Of a stretch of 64,000 bases of DNA, positions 37,400-50,311 are shown piece after piece. Position 1 is the stretch's first letter; each line of letters begins with the position of its first letter. A program made the position numbers and the translations under genes. The notes beneath the pieces were generated by a model. The model was not told the origin of the DNA, did not search any database, and saw nothing but the letters and a program-made list of their open reading frames with translations. The DNA comes from Lophium mytilinum (Eukaryota), in the NCBI GenBank assembly GCA_010093605.1, contig MU004187.1, positions 868,001 through 932,000 on the forward strand, read 5' to 3'.

Positions 37400-39170
37400 T
37401 CCTCCATCAATTCTTCACGCCACTCTATTTCTTCAAAGCGCTCAACGCGCACCTCCACCATTATTTATGAGGCATCATCGGGCTCCCTGCCCCTTGCTCC
37501 GAAGGAACTCGGTGAATTCAGGTGGCCTATATGAGAGGCTGAACTCCAATCTTTGCTCCATCACTTCTTCACTCCACTTTCTCTCCCCCACTTACAAACC
37601 CTTGAGAGCCCGTGGGGGCACATATGAGCATAATAGTGCTCCTGCTCCAAAGAATTCAATGCATGTGGCCTATATAATATGCCCAAACCGAAGTTTCCTT
37701 TGTCACTTCTGGAATACTGCACTCCACTTTTCCTCCATAGCGGCTCGCTCCGAAGGAATTCAATAAGCTGTGGTCTATATAAGGGGGCCAAACCGAAGCT
37801 TCCTCGGTCATTTCACACTCCACTTTCTCTCTATCACGGACAAAATGTGGTACAGTCCGAGACTACAAGTCTGGGCATACGAACTCGGCTCCAACTTGTC
37901 CCCTCAACACCATTGTTGGGGCTAGCCTGGCTGCCGAGCGGGCAATTAGTCAAGAGACAGTCTAATTTGCAATGCTTGAAGCTTAACATTGCCCTTGAGT
38001 CATCAAAAGCCTGTGGGTTTATTCCAAGCAGCGGTGTACCATTGTACCAATGTGCCCGGACTTGTAGCCTGTCACTGTATGTGAAGCCTCAGCATGGCTC
38101 GCTCCGAATAAATTCACTGATTGTGGCCTAAATAAGAGGCTCAGCTCGAAGCTTCCTTCGTCACGTCTACAGCCCACTTTCTCTCTATCATAGAGCAGCC
38201 TTAAGCGCCTCTGGTACAAAGACCGGCCATAAGACTGTGAACACCCGTTTTCCACTGCTTGGGGCGCTCCCATGAGTTTTGAAAGCACAGGCGCGACTTC
38301 AAACTCCAAGCTGGACATATTAGAGTGCTCTTTGACTCACTGGCTTCTAACTAGCTGGGCCACTCCTTTGAGTGGTGTCAAGCGAGCAAGACTGCAGCCG
38401 AGCAGTGATGAATTCGTGTTTCCAGACTCATGGTCTAGTACTCTATATGAAGCCTCAACGTAGCTCGCCCCGAAGGACACCAATAAATGTGGCCTACGTA
38501 AGAGGCCCAACTCGAAGCTTCCTCCATCACTTCTACACTCCACTTTCTTTCTATGATGGAGTAGCCTTGAGCACCTGTCAACGTAACTCGCTCCGAAGGA
38601 ATTAATGAATGTGGCTTACCACAAGAGGCTCAACCTGAAGCTTGCTCCGTCACTTCTACACCCCAATTTCTTTTGATTATGGATCAACCTTGGGCACCTA
38701 TGATGGCGCGTTGGGCTTATATGAAGCATCAACGTAGCCCGCTCCGAATGAAACCACTGATTGTGGCCAATATAAGAAGCTTAACTCGAAGCTTCCTTCG
38801 TCACTTCTACAGTACAATTTCTCTGTTGCTTATCATGCAGCAGCCTTGGCCACCTGTGGTATATGAATCTTCAACACGCCGCTCCGAATGATTCCACCTT
38901 TTGTAGCCTATATAAGAAGCTCAACTCGAATCTTCCTCTGTCACTTCTACACCCCGCGTTCTCTTGGTTATGGATCAACCTTGGGCACCTATGATGGCAC
39001 GTTGGGCTCTATGTAAAGCCTCAACGTAGCTCGCTCCGAATGAATTCGCTGGTTGTGGCTTATATAAGAGGCTCAACTCGGAGCTGCCTCCCTCACTTCT
39101 ACACTCCACTTTCTCTTGATCATGGATCAACCTTGGGCACCTATGGTGGCACGTTGGGCTTATAAAAAGG
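37400..39170. repeat. Degenerate tandem array, ~125-150-bp unit containing a TATA-like TATATAAGAGG motif
   Basis: Anchor (C)GCTCCGAA recurs at ~37495, 37746, 38100, 38466, 38590, 38740, 38881 and 39033, each followed by GTGGCCTATATAAGAGGCTCAACTCGAAGCTT..TCACTTCTACAC-like sequence. The last four units are the most similar. Confidence 0.85.
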
Positions 39171-39671
39171 TATGAGAATTTCTTCTGATCATCGTTTCCT
39201 CCTGTTCTCTGCTGCCCGGCAATGCTAATCAGGTGATTAGCTCGTCTTGCTCGAGTTTCGAGGCCGGGAACATGAAATCCATCATTGCGTCCTGCCGCAC
39301 TAGCCTGGGGACCCCATACTGCACTCGAGGGGTCCCCCAGGCGTGAGGTGAGGCGTTGAGGATGAGTAAGCAGGTGTCGCGTGGCGCGGTCCTGCCTATT
39401 TATTCCAGCCGACGACGTCAACACAACCTTTCCTCCTCCACTCCACCCCCAGCAGCCAACGTCTCTACTTCATCTGCACCGCGACGAGAGATCCTCCAGC
39501 TTCTTCATCAAACACTCGCTGTTCATCGTCGGCTACTGCGATTGAGCCTTTCCCTTCCACTCCTCTGCCAGCAGCCAACGTCTTTGCCTTGTCTGCACCG
39601 CGTCGAGACTTCCTCTAGTCTCTTCATCACCTGCTCACCACTCAACGTCGACTACTGCAACCTCTGTCGTA

Positions 39672-41051
39672 ATGTCTTACCAGAACCTCAGTAAGTACCC
39701 CTCCATTTGCCTCACACCGCCACCTCCGCCCGACAGCCTCCGCATCAGCGGTCTCTTGCTAACCTCTTGCCCAGACCCCGCCTTCTTTGCTGGCGATATG
39801 ACGAGCGACTACGCTATTCCTGGCGCCTCGAACGCTCACCCTGCTGCTGGCTCGTCGAACGCCGACCCTGCTGCTAGCTCGTCGACCGCTCACCGTGCTG
39901 CTGGCTCGTCGAACGCCTACCCTACTGGAGGCCTTGGCTTTGCGAACTACGCTTACCTCCCTGCTGGCTTCGCGAACGCTTACCCTGCTGCCGATACTGC
40001 GAAGAACGATCCCTTCGCTGACCGTCTCAACCCTGCCAAGACTCCGTCCAAGCGCGCTGACACCGGCGCTGAGCTCTCCAGGCTCCACAACCGCATCCAC
40101 AACCTTGTGTCGGACGTTGAAGACAAGAAGAAGAAGATCGAGCACTTGACCGAGTTTAACACCCGTCTCCGGAACCCTGCGCACCATCCAGATGCGGCAC
40201 TCATCGCTGTAAAGAATGCTGAAATCGAGCGCCTGGAGAAGCAGCTTGATCAGGTGAAGAAGAGTAACAAGTCGAAGGACAACAGGGTCCAAAGGCAGCT
40301 TGAGCACATCCACACCCTGGAACATAACGTGGCCTATTACAAGAACATGCCCATGCCCGGCGTCGAGGTCATGCACAGGGAGCTCAACCGTCAGAAGTCC
40401 TTTCACTTCCAGGAGGTGGAGACTTACAAGTTCGACACGAAGCGTGACAAAGACACGATAAAGGTCCAGAAAGAGCAGATAGAGGCCCAGAAAGAGCAGA
40501 TGAAGGCCCAGAAAGAACAGATGGAGGCCCAGGAAGAGCAGATAAAGCAACTGAAGTTGAAGGACGCAGAGGCCCAGCAGAAGTTCCAAGACGTGTCACA
40601 GATAATGGAACAGACGATCGCTGAAGCCGCCCAGCACTACCAGAGGTTCCAGCAAGAACTAGCGGCCCGCGAGGCAGATTCAGGCGCCCTGCAGAGACTC
40701 GCCGCCGCCCAGCTCGAGATCAAGTCCCTCACCGCCGCCAAAGACCGCGCGGAGCGGAATCAGGAGGAGAGGATGGTGGCTCGGGTCAGGGGCGCCGCTC
40801 GTCTGGCGGCCCCTGGCCCGGCCATCAAACTGCCAGCAGAGGTGCTGGCCTGCTACGAGTGCTGGGCTCGCAACGACCCGTGCGACCAAGGCGGCGTGTG
40901 CCGCCGCTGCCACGAGAACGGCCTGAAGTGCCGCCGCTGGCGGTGTGCGGTGTCCGTCGACACCAACAACTGCTGCCCAAATGTGCACAGCAAGCTAACC
41001 CACGACTTCAACGGCTGGCTGATGACGGAGATAAAGCGCCCTGTATGGTAG
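39672..41051 (+). CDS. Coiled-coil protein with C-terminal Zn(II)2Cys6-like cluster
   Basis: In-frame intron 39691-39774 (GTAAGT..CTAAC..CAG). 10-aa repeats (SNAHPAAGS), heptad repeats (QKEQMEA). C-x2-C-x6-C-x5-C-x2-C-x6-C (CYECWARNDPCDQGGVCRRCHENGLKC) followed by further Cys/His. Confidence 0.8.
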   Translation: MSYQNLSKYPSICLTPPPPPDSLRISGLLLTSCPDPAFFAGDMTSDYAIPGASNAHPAAGSSNADPAASSSTAHRAAGSSNAYPTGGLGFANYAYLPAGFANAYPAADTAKNDPFADRLNPAKTPSKRADTGAELSRLHNRIHNLVSDVEDKKKKIEHLTEFNTRLRNPAHHPDAALIAVKNAEIERLEKQLDQVKKSNKSKDNRVQRQLEHIHTLEHNVAYYKNMPMPGVEVMHRELNRQKSFHFQEVETYKFDTKRDKDTIKVQKEQIEAQKEQMKAQKEQMEAQEEQIKQLKLKDAEAQQKFQDVSQIMEQTIAEAAQHYQRFQQELAAREADSGALQRLAAAQLEIKSLTAAKDRAERNQEERMVARVRGAARLAAPGPAIKLPAEVLACYECWARNDPCDQGGVCRRCHENGLKCRRWRCAVSVDTNNCCPNVHSKLTHDFNGWLMTEIKRPVW

Positions 41052-41329
41052 ACCCCTCTTGATTGTTTTGGCACGGTGCTGATGGACTGTAGGAGGCTTC
41101 AAGGCGCCGTTAGGCCTGCCAAGGCGGTGCTGTGGTGGTGGTGATCTTCGGTGTTCGGGGGGTGGGTTCGGAAAATGGGGGTGATTTCGGGCTCGGGGGC
41201 GATTTCCTATACTGTTGATTGTAAAGTAGTTTCTTTTGTCTATACCTCTGCCTATCATGGGGGCACGCTGAATCAATTCTGGTTCCGCAAACATAATGGA
41301 AATTTGATGTGAAGGTGTGCGTGATATGT

Positions 41330-44300
41330 AATGTGTGGGTTGAGACATAGTGAAAATATGAAAATCTTGTGATAATTTTTAATGGTGTTGTGATTTTGGA
41401 ATATCATCCTGAATTGGGCCATCACACGTACGGTCTTGACAGTCATCCTACAATTAGATACTCCCCTGAACCTACTAGGATCTATTACACAGCGATGTTA
41501 AAAGCTATACGTCGCGTAATAGACGTGCGAAGAAGGATAGCAAAATCTGTAGATATTTTAGTATATGTTTCAAATTGAACTATAGCACGTATAAATTTAA
41601 CACCTATAATACCTCCAGAAACGCTCCTGGACCTACTGAGATCTGTAAACAACGATGTCATAAGCTCGAGGCTACTGATGAGGCCTGCGGAGAAAGGCCG
41701 TCTATTTTTAGCATATTTCAACGTCCATCATGAATTGCCTTATAGAACGTACTATCTTAACACATGTAACGCCTCCAAAGACGCTCCTGAGCCTACTGAA
41801 ATCTACACCAGGGCGATGTCAAAAGCGCTAGGCTACAGATTAGGCCTGCGGAGAAGAGTGGTCGATTCTGAGAAGCTTTTAGAATACTGTAAAAATTGAA
41901 GCATGGGACGTACCGGTTTGACACCTATGACGCCTCTAATAACGCCTCCGGACCTACTATAATCTAGACACGGCGATGTCACAAGCGCCACGCCATAGAA
42001 TAGGCCTCTAGAGATTAATTAACGATTTTTGAATATTTTGCCATATGTCGTGAATTGCCGTACCCAACGTAATTGCCTTGATAGTGGTGACACCTCCGAA
42101 AACGCTCCTGAACCTACTAAAAACTACACACAGCGATGTTAGAAGCGCCACGCGACGAATTAGGCCTACGGAGAACGTTGATGGATTCTTGAAGACTTCA
42201 ACATACGCTGTAAATTGCCCTACTCGACGTATAGCCTTTGACAATCGTGACACCTCTGAAAACGCTCCCGGGCCTATGAAAATTCGAGATTCGGGATGTC
42301 ATAGGCTCTACGTTGCAGAACGGGGGGCCTGTGGAGAACGACGGCCGATTCTTGAAGATTTTGGCATACGCTGTGAATTGCCCTACTCGACGTATGGCCT
42401 CTAACAATGGCGACACCGCTGAACGCCCCCCTGGGCCTACGAACAGCTGGAATTTGCGATGTCATAAGCTCCACGGTGCAGAACTGGCTTGTGGAGAAGG
42501 ATGTCCGAGTTCCAAAGATTTTGGCATACTCATGAGAGTTGGTCTATTCGAGGTACAGCCTTTGGCAGTCGTGATAGCTCCAAAAGCCCCCCAGGGCCTA
42601 TGAGATTTGGAAACTTTTGATGTTATAAGCTCCACGTTGAAGATCGGGCGCTCGGACAAGCATGACCAAGTTCTGTGCCATTTCGTCGACCATTTTGAAT
42701 TGATAGCTGTTAGGTACGGCTTTGACGGTATGGTTACGTCTCGAAGACCCTCCTGAGCCTACGAAGAATAGAGATTGATGATGTAATGCGTCCGAGTCTG
42801 TGGATTAGGGGTGCGGAACAAGATACGCTGCTGTAGGATTTTTGGTGTACCTTGTGAATTGAACCAGTGAATGTGCTATTTTAACAGCTACGCTACCATC
42901 TGAAGACCCTCCTGGGCCCACGAAGAATCGAAGTTGATAATGTAACACGCCAGAGGCTGTAAATTAGCGATGTGGACAACAAAGTTCGATGCTGTGGCAT
43001 TTTGACGTGCCTTCCGAGTTGAACCCCTGGACGTGCCCTTTTGACAGCTATGCTACCATCTGAAGACCCTCCTGAGCCTACGCAGAATCGAAACAAACGA
43101 TGTAACGCGCCGGAGGCTGTAAACTAAGCGTGCGGACAAGGACGACCAAGTCTCATAGTCTTCAGCGGACTTCCTAAATCGAACGCTCGAACGTACAGCC
43201 TTGACAGCTATGTTACCATCTGAAAACCCTCCTGGGCCTACGCAGAATTGAGACTAGTGATGTAACGTGTCAGAGGCTGTAGATCAAGCGTGCGGGAAAA
43301 AATGACCAAGTCTTCCAAGTTTTCAGTGTATCTTGTGAATTGATCGAGAAATCGCGGTGTTCTGACGACGTAGCTACCTTTCGATGGCCCTCCCGGGCCT
43401 ACAAAGAATTGATATTAACGATGTCATAAGCTGTATGTTGTAGGTTGGACCTACGGATAATAATGCCTGGTATTGTAAGATTCTAACATGCTCTGTAGAT
43501 TGATTGAGAAACAGTGGTATTTTAACAATATAGCTACCTCTCGATGGGCCCCTTGGGCCTACAAAGAATTGAAATTAACGATGTTATAAGCTGTACCTTG
43601 TAGATTGGAGCGGCGGTGAATACACCCGAATTGAAGGAGATTTTGGTGTACCTCATGAATTCAACGGGAAATTGCGGTGTTTTGACGACGATGCTACCTC
43701 TCGGTGGCGCCTCCGAGCCTATGAGGAGTTGAGATAGACGATGTCATGAACGCGGCAGTATGAATCGGGTCTGCGGAGACGATAGCCGAGTCCGAGGAGG
43801 TTTTTGGTGTACGTTGTACATTGATTGAAAGATTGAAGTGTTTTGATATCGTGGATTGCTGTTGATGACGCCCCCCGGCCTAAGATGAATTGGAATTGAC
43901 GATGTTGTAGGTGCGAAGGCGTACATCGGGCCTGCGGAGATGATAGCCGCGTCTGAGGAGGTTTTGGATGTACGCTGCGAATGGATTAGAGACTCACATC
44001 GGTTTGACGATACATCTATGCTATTATGACACCCCCGGGCCTATAGGGGAGGCGGATTTGACGATGTCATAGGTGTGAAGGCGTAGATCGGACCTGCGGA
44101 GATGATAGTTGAGTCTGAGGGGGTTTTTAGAGTGTGTCGTGAATGAAGTAGAGAGGTATACTGTTTTGGCGATACAGTTATGCTATAAAGACGCCCCCGG
44201 CTTGTAGGAGGGTTGAGTTTCACGATGTTATGGACCCGAAGGCGTATATTGGGCGTGTGAAGATGGTAGCCGAGTGCTGTAAGCTTTTAGTGTGCATCGT

Positions 44301-46500
44301 GAATGGCGCAGAGAGATGAATCGTTTTGGCAGCACAGCTACAACGGACAGATACCCCCGGCCCTGTAAGTGAATTGAAATCGACGATGTCATAAGCGTGA
44401 ATGCGGAGACTAGGCCTGCGGAGAAGATGACCGAATCTTACGAAAACTTAGCGCACGTCCTGAATAAAGCGGAGGAATAAACTGTTTTGTTAGCATAGCT
44501 GCAACACCAGGACACTCCGGAGGGAACCGGAATCGAAGGGGGATGGCGGGCGTTTGACACCAGGTCTACCTCTAAAAAACACCCCTGGGCATACGGGGCG
44601 TCGGAGTTGATGGTGTAACGCCTGTGAGGCTGTATATGAGACACTGGGAGTATAACAAGGTGATACAGCATTGCTGGGGATGGTATCGTGAATCGAGCGC
44701 AAGGACGTTGGGGTTTGACGATGCAGTTACCTGTTGCAGACACCCGTGGACTTACTAGGAATTGAAAACCAGGATGTCGAAGTCATGCCGCTGTGTATTA
44801 GAACTGGGGAAAGGAGATGAAGTGGACAGCAACGCGGAGGGCGATATTGTGAATTGAGCGTAAGGACGTAGGGGTTTGACAATGTAGCTACTATGTAAAG
44901 ATCCCCTTTGACCTACGGGGAATCGGAATTAGCGATGTAATAGACGCAACGATGTAAGTTAGACCCGTGAAATGGAGAAAGTTGAAACAGCACCGATGGA
45001 GGGTGTATCATGAATTGAATGTAATAGGGTGGGGATTTGACAACGAAGCTACCATTTGAAGATACTCCTAAGCCTACCAAGTTTTGAAATTGGCGATGTA
45101 ATAGTCGCGCCGGCGTAGAATAGATCTGGGAGATTACCAAAGTAGAACAGCATTGCTAGGGCCGGTACCTCAAACGTAGCGTGAGGGTGGAGAGGTTTGA
45201 CCTCGGTGCTACTACTTGAAGACACCCTTGAAGGTATTATGATTGAGAACTGAAGATGTAACGCGCACGAGGCTGTAGACTAGGCGTCCAGGAAGAATAA
45301 TGAGGAGTGGTATAACGATAGCAGCGGTCGCGATTTAGGTGCGTGGGGGCAAGAATTTGCGGGTATAGACATACCTTCGGGACTCCTCAAGCGGTATCGT
45401 GAATGAAATATTGCGATGTAAAGGTCGAGCGGCCGTGATATGGACATGAGGAGGAGAATATCGGAAGTGAATGTAAGCTGGAAATGGCTTAGGAAGTAAG
45501 CGCACGGATGGAGGAATTTGCGGGCATAGGCGCACCTTGGAAACGCCTCCGGCAGGAGCGTAAATAGAGAAACGCGATGTAAAGGTTGAGTAGTTGTGAT
45601 TTAGACCTACGAGAGATGCCTGCTCTCGGATGTCATAAACGTGCGCTCAGGAATTAGGAGAAGAGAAATAAACAAACGATGCTACAAAGGTAGTGAGAAT
45701 GACCACTTACAGTGAATTGGGTGCAGGTGTGACGACGGCTGCGGGGGTATATGCACTTTTCAAACACCCAAGACCCTACGAGCAGAGTATAAACGCCGAT
45801 GTCAAAAGCGACACGCCGTAGATCAAGGCTATAGAAAGAAGAACGTGGAAACCTGAGCCTAAGAAACAACATCCTGAATAGAGAGAAGACCGCACGACCG
45901 TGGCGCTTAGTGATACCATTCTAAGAAACCCCTAGCTCAATCAGACAATGCCAATTAAGGATGCCAAAGACAGGGCGTCGTAAATCAGGTTGATGGAGGA
46001 GGCAATCTGAATCGCGATGATGTTGTCGACACTGTCAAAGTTGAGACGAGGTTAGAAGACCGCTGCGTATGAAGATATACTCGTCGGTCACCCCAGGCCC
46101 TATTCCAATAATGACCATGGCGAAGTCATAAACGCGGCGTCGCGGATTGGGAGAGAAGGAAAAGGGACCTGAGTAGTTAATTGGACGCAGCGACGTCATG
46201 ATATGCATTCACTCACTGAATTGACTGCAGATAAGGGCAGCGCATTAAGACACCCCCAGCATAATCAGAGTACTGAATTGAGGATGTCATGAACATTGAG
46301 TCGTAAATGAGGAAAGAAGAGAGAGGATTCCGAAAAGCTGGGGCGGCGTCATGACGTCTTGAGTCGAGTATGGCTGAGAGCAAGGCTGCGGGTGTAGGTA
46401 TACCTTCAAGACACCACCGGCCTAACTACAACAGTGCGCTCACCAATGTCATAGACAGCACATCATCAACCAGGTGAATAGGAAGAAGGAAGATTGATAT
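41330..46500 (+). repeat. Long degenerate satellite, ~160-161-bp unit, ~31 copies
   Basis: GATGT anchor at 41494, 41654, 41815, 41975, 42135, 42295, 42458, 42619, 42780, ~42939, 43099, 43259, 43420, 43580, 43740, 43901, 44063, 44224, 44385 ... ~46445, with phase breaks near 44500 and 45700. No ORF. Confidence 0.9.
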
Positions 46501-46636
46501 GAGACGAGAATTGGATGTTATCTACCTACACACTGTATACCAGACCCTCTTATACTCACCATCACGAGATCATGCGCGCCAAAGCTGTAAATGGACAACG
46601 ATGAAGCACCTTTGTTGTGCCCCGGCACCTATCAAG

Positions 46637-49600
46637 CTACAACACGATCAAATTACCGATCCGGACACCCTGACTCAGGAAGTAGTACCGCCGCCGCACC
46701 CCCACCGCCTTCGCACGCCTCAGCAGCGCCAGTGTCTTCTCCCCACCTCCAACCATGATCATCGGGATGGGATTCGGGCGGAGGAGACCAGAGGGTGTGT
46801 ATTGCAGCTCTTCAAGAAGAGGCTGGACGAGCGGGTTTGTGCTTTGCTGCTCTTTGACGATCTTCCGTCTTTGCTGGCGCATGGTGGGCTCGGACTCATT
46901 GTCGTTCGGAGGTTCGTCGTGCTCGGGGTACGACACCACAATAACGAGCTGCAGCGCGTTGGTGTCAGGCGGGTAAGCAGGGATGTTCCGTAGCTTTGCG
47001 GAGAAAGAGCAGCCACCGCGCGGCACGACGAGGATCTGTGTGCTGCGGGCGACGTCGAAAGATAGGCGGTCGGTACACAGCGGGGTGGTGTGGACGTGGA
47101 TCTTGTGCCAAGCGAGCAGCGCATCTTCGGAGAAGGAGAGTTCGGCGTCGGGTCTGTCTGGCAAGGGAGCGGCGCCGGGGCCAGAAGGGATGGTGCCGGA
47201 GATGTGCTGCCGTTTCACAGGAGGTGGAGAGGGAGGCGGGAGAGGGGGACCCGAGGAGGAGAGGATGGACTGGATGCTCTGGAGGAGAGAGCGGACGTAG
47301 GAGGGATCGTCCGAGGCGGAGGCGGGGAGGTCGAGGTCGATGTCGAAGTCGGATAGAAGGTTGGCGGTGTTGAGGGAGGAGTTAGAGAGGGCGGAGGCGA
47401 TGCTCTCTTGGAGGAAATCGGAGTCGTAGTCGTCGAATTCTTCAGAGTCAAAGCTGAATGAAGATGAGGGAGTTGGAGACAGAGGGGCGTCGATGACAAG
47501 GTCGAGGGTTGCCGCGTCCCGTGTACGCGTGAAGAAAGGGTCGACGGGATTGAAGGTCTCGATGATGTCGCGGGACATGAAAACCTTTTCGTCGCGACCC
47601 AAGGCTACATTTGAGATGGCGTAGACACGGAACTTATCTTCAAATGACAAACCACTATCACTGAAGTAGGTCTCTGGTTCGCGAATCATGCCAAGACGTA
47701 GGCCGCTCATGGAGTTGACAAGAACGCCGTCATTGACTCGTTGCAGAGCGCCCGTATTGAGTACACTATTCGGGAGATTTGGAAAGGACAAATCGAAAGT
47801 GGTTCGGACAGCCATCTTCGAGCTTGTGCCATTCGACGGTACCAATTCAGGAGGCAGCGTCCAAGGATAGTATGTGTAATTTGACGGAGACTGGATATCC
47901 GATATGGAGATGCTAGGATGATCATGATTGAATTCGACGAGCGGGGACTCGAGGGTTTCGACAGTAGGCATAAGATGCAGTCTAGCAAGACTTGCAGCAT
48001 GGAACACATCTTTCCTAGCCGCGGTGGCAGAAATACTGAAAGGTACAGCTGGCGGAGGAAGGGGACAGGTCGGCTGTACGCGAGACTCTCGGTTCTTGAA
48101 CGAAGATGATTTCCTCCTGACAGATTGCGGCGGCCGTAAACGCTTTGGAATAATGAGAGGATGTCCCTCAGTTGTGAAGACAAAGGGCGCATCCAATGTA
48201 TTGAGTGGATGAGTCGGGTCGAAGAGTAAGAAGAGGTACTTGGCAGTTTCTCCGAGGAAGAAGCTCTCCATGCGATCACTCTGCTCGCCAGTGCGAACAT
48301 CCTGCAATCCGGCCCATCCGCATCGAGTCCAACACCTCCGCTTGATATCTCGAAGCGTCATCTCTCCAACGTGAAGGTACCATGGATCTTGAGTAGCACG
48401 ATAGAGGTACCACGTAGACTCGATAAACTCAGGTCGACCGCCCCACCAACGGAGCCCGTTCTCAATATTTCCAGAGGCAGTCGACCACCTCTCTGGCATT
48501 GCTGAGTATCTCGTCCATAATGCAGTATACAGCAGGTGCCCCTCAATAGCCTCGTCAAGTTCTCCAACAAGCGTGAGGAGACCTTGGTAGTACGCACTCA
48601 GGCTATCAATCCAGAATGCTCGCATGGCGCCCGTGTACAGGTCGACTTGTACATAGTGAGGATGTTGGTACATGGACCCGCGGTAGATGTGACGCTTGAT
48701 ACCCGCGTGTGCATCATTCCAGGCGTCAAGAAAAGCCTCGGGAGAATGAATATGAGTTTGGTCTGCATCGAAAGGAAGGCCGGAAAGGAGGATATAAGAT
48801 TTGACGGCATATTCGAAGAAGCTGTCGATACCAGCTCCGATCTAAACATGATAAATATAAATATCGAAGAGATTATGAAAAGCGGGAAACTTACGCCTGT
48901 ATATGGCGAGACCCAGTTCCCGGTCTCAGCGTCGATACCAGCACCGATCAGGCCCGCACTACTCCGCCTGTCCCAAACTGCCCAAAACGCTTCTTTGGCA
49001 GCTTTCTCAAAGCGACCGTCGCCAGTCAGACGACTCAAGGTTGTAAACTCCAGAACAAGACTTCCAGCGCCTGCACTGCATGTCTCTGTGACCTCGACGT
49101 TGCCATTGGGAGTCTTTTTACACTCCCCGTGCTCCGCATCGGTGTTGTAAGGAGAGTTGGCGTAGAAGGGTACCCCATGCCGTAGATTGACCCGTGGATA
49201 TGGCAAACCCGTAGGCGTGTAGAAAGCCGGAAGTAGACGCTCTCCAAGGTCTGCTGCAAGCCGCAGTAGTTGTCCATTATAAAGAAATCCGTTGCGCCAT
49301 AGAATGCCCCTTTCCCCTCGTTTTGTCACCTCCCTTGGCTCATACCCCTTAATGGGCAAATCTCCAACAGCAAATAGATGGGCACTCAAGAGGCCGCCGA
49401 CCCCTCTTATGACTGTTTCGAACACCTGCACCTTGCTATCCAGATCGAATCCTCGCGCCCGGCTACCCTGACCGGCGGGACCTTCAGTCCCATCTCCGTA
49501 ATTGTCCACCAGCAACGAAATGGCTCGCTGAAACTCTTCCAACGCTTTATTCTTGCCGCTTTTTGTAGGGGGCGACGATGCAAGAATCGCAAGAGTAGAT

Positions 49601-49973
49601 AGGCTGTCTATGAGGGTCAGAGAATAATTCCCTAAGACGTCGTTGACTTCAATATGGGCCGGATTCTCGCGATCGCGGGTGAGAGGAGCACAAGACAGGG
49701 GCCGCAGCTCGTCTTCGGGAAAGGCATGGCGCATATAGTTATCGTAGCCATGGTAGAAGATATCGCGAGTCTCTTGTCTGCATTTATCAGCACTTGCGCG
49801 CGTTGGAGTATTGCTTCAATCAGCGTCTACCTGAGATTACTGATGGCCTCATCTGTCATGCCAGATGCGACCGTCGCCCATACTGCCAGAAGCAACAGAG
49901 AGAGCCATATCATTCCTTCGGCAGGGTGTCCGCGAGTGCTCTTGAGCGTGCCCAGCCTCCCAATCGATGGCAT
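46637..49973 (-). CDS. MNL1: ER degradation-enhancing alpha-mannosidase-like protein (GH47 + PA domain), MNL1/EDEM
   Basis: HAFPEDELRPLSC, QVFETVIRGVGGLLSAH, ETCSAGAGSLVLEF, RPEFIESTWYLY, DRMESFFLGETAKYLFLLF, FTTEGHP and C-terminal PA-like RGGCSF. Introns 49778-49830 and 48842-48894. Confidence 0.92.
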
Positions 49974-50311
49974 AACCGGTGGTTGAAGCGTGCAGGAGGC
50001 ATGGGAGTTTCTGAGCAAAGGTTAACAACAGTGCAGCCTCGATCAGGAACACACAGCGAAACAATACGCAGAAGTCATTGTTTGCGGGCTTCTAATGCAG
50101 CTGAGGCCAGTCTGTCTTTCACATCGGCGCTCGGGGCGGAAAAACGTCAGCGATACGCTTGGACGTGCTTTCCCGCCATCGAAAGATCAAGACTCGCGCA
50201 GTGAACACCAACAAAACTTCTGCCGCGAGGGACCCCTCTTCGTGCTCGCCAATGTATTTTGCTACCCAGTAGTTTTCAATTGCACACTCCTTAACCCTAA
50301 CCTGACTCGCA

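Noticed and set aside
41330..46500. CRISPR-like array or repeat-protein gene
   Set aside because: Eukaryotic context, no invariant repeat/unique spacer structure, unit length not a constant multiple of 3, and stops in all frames.
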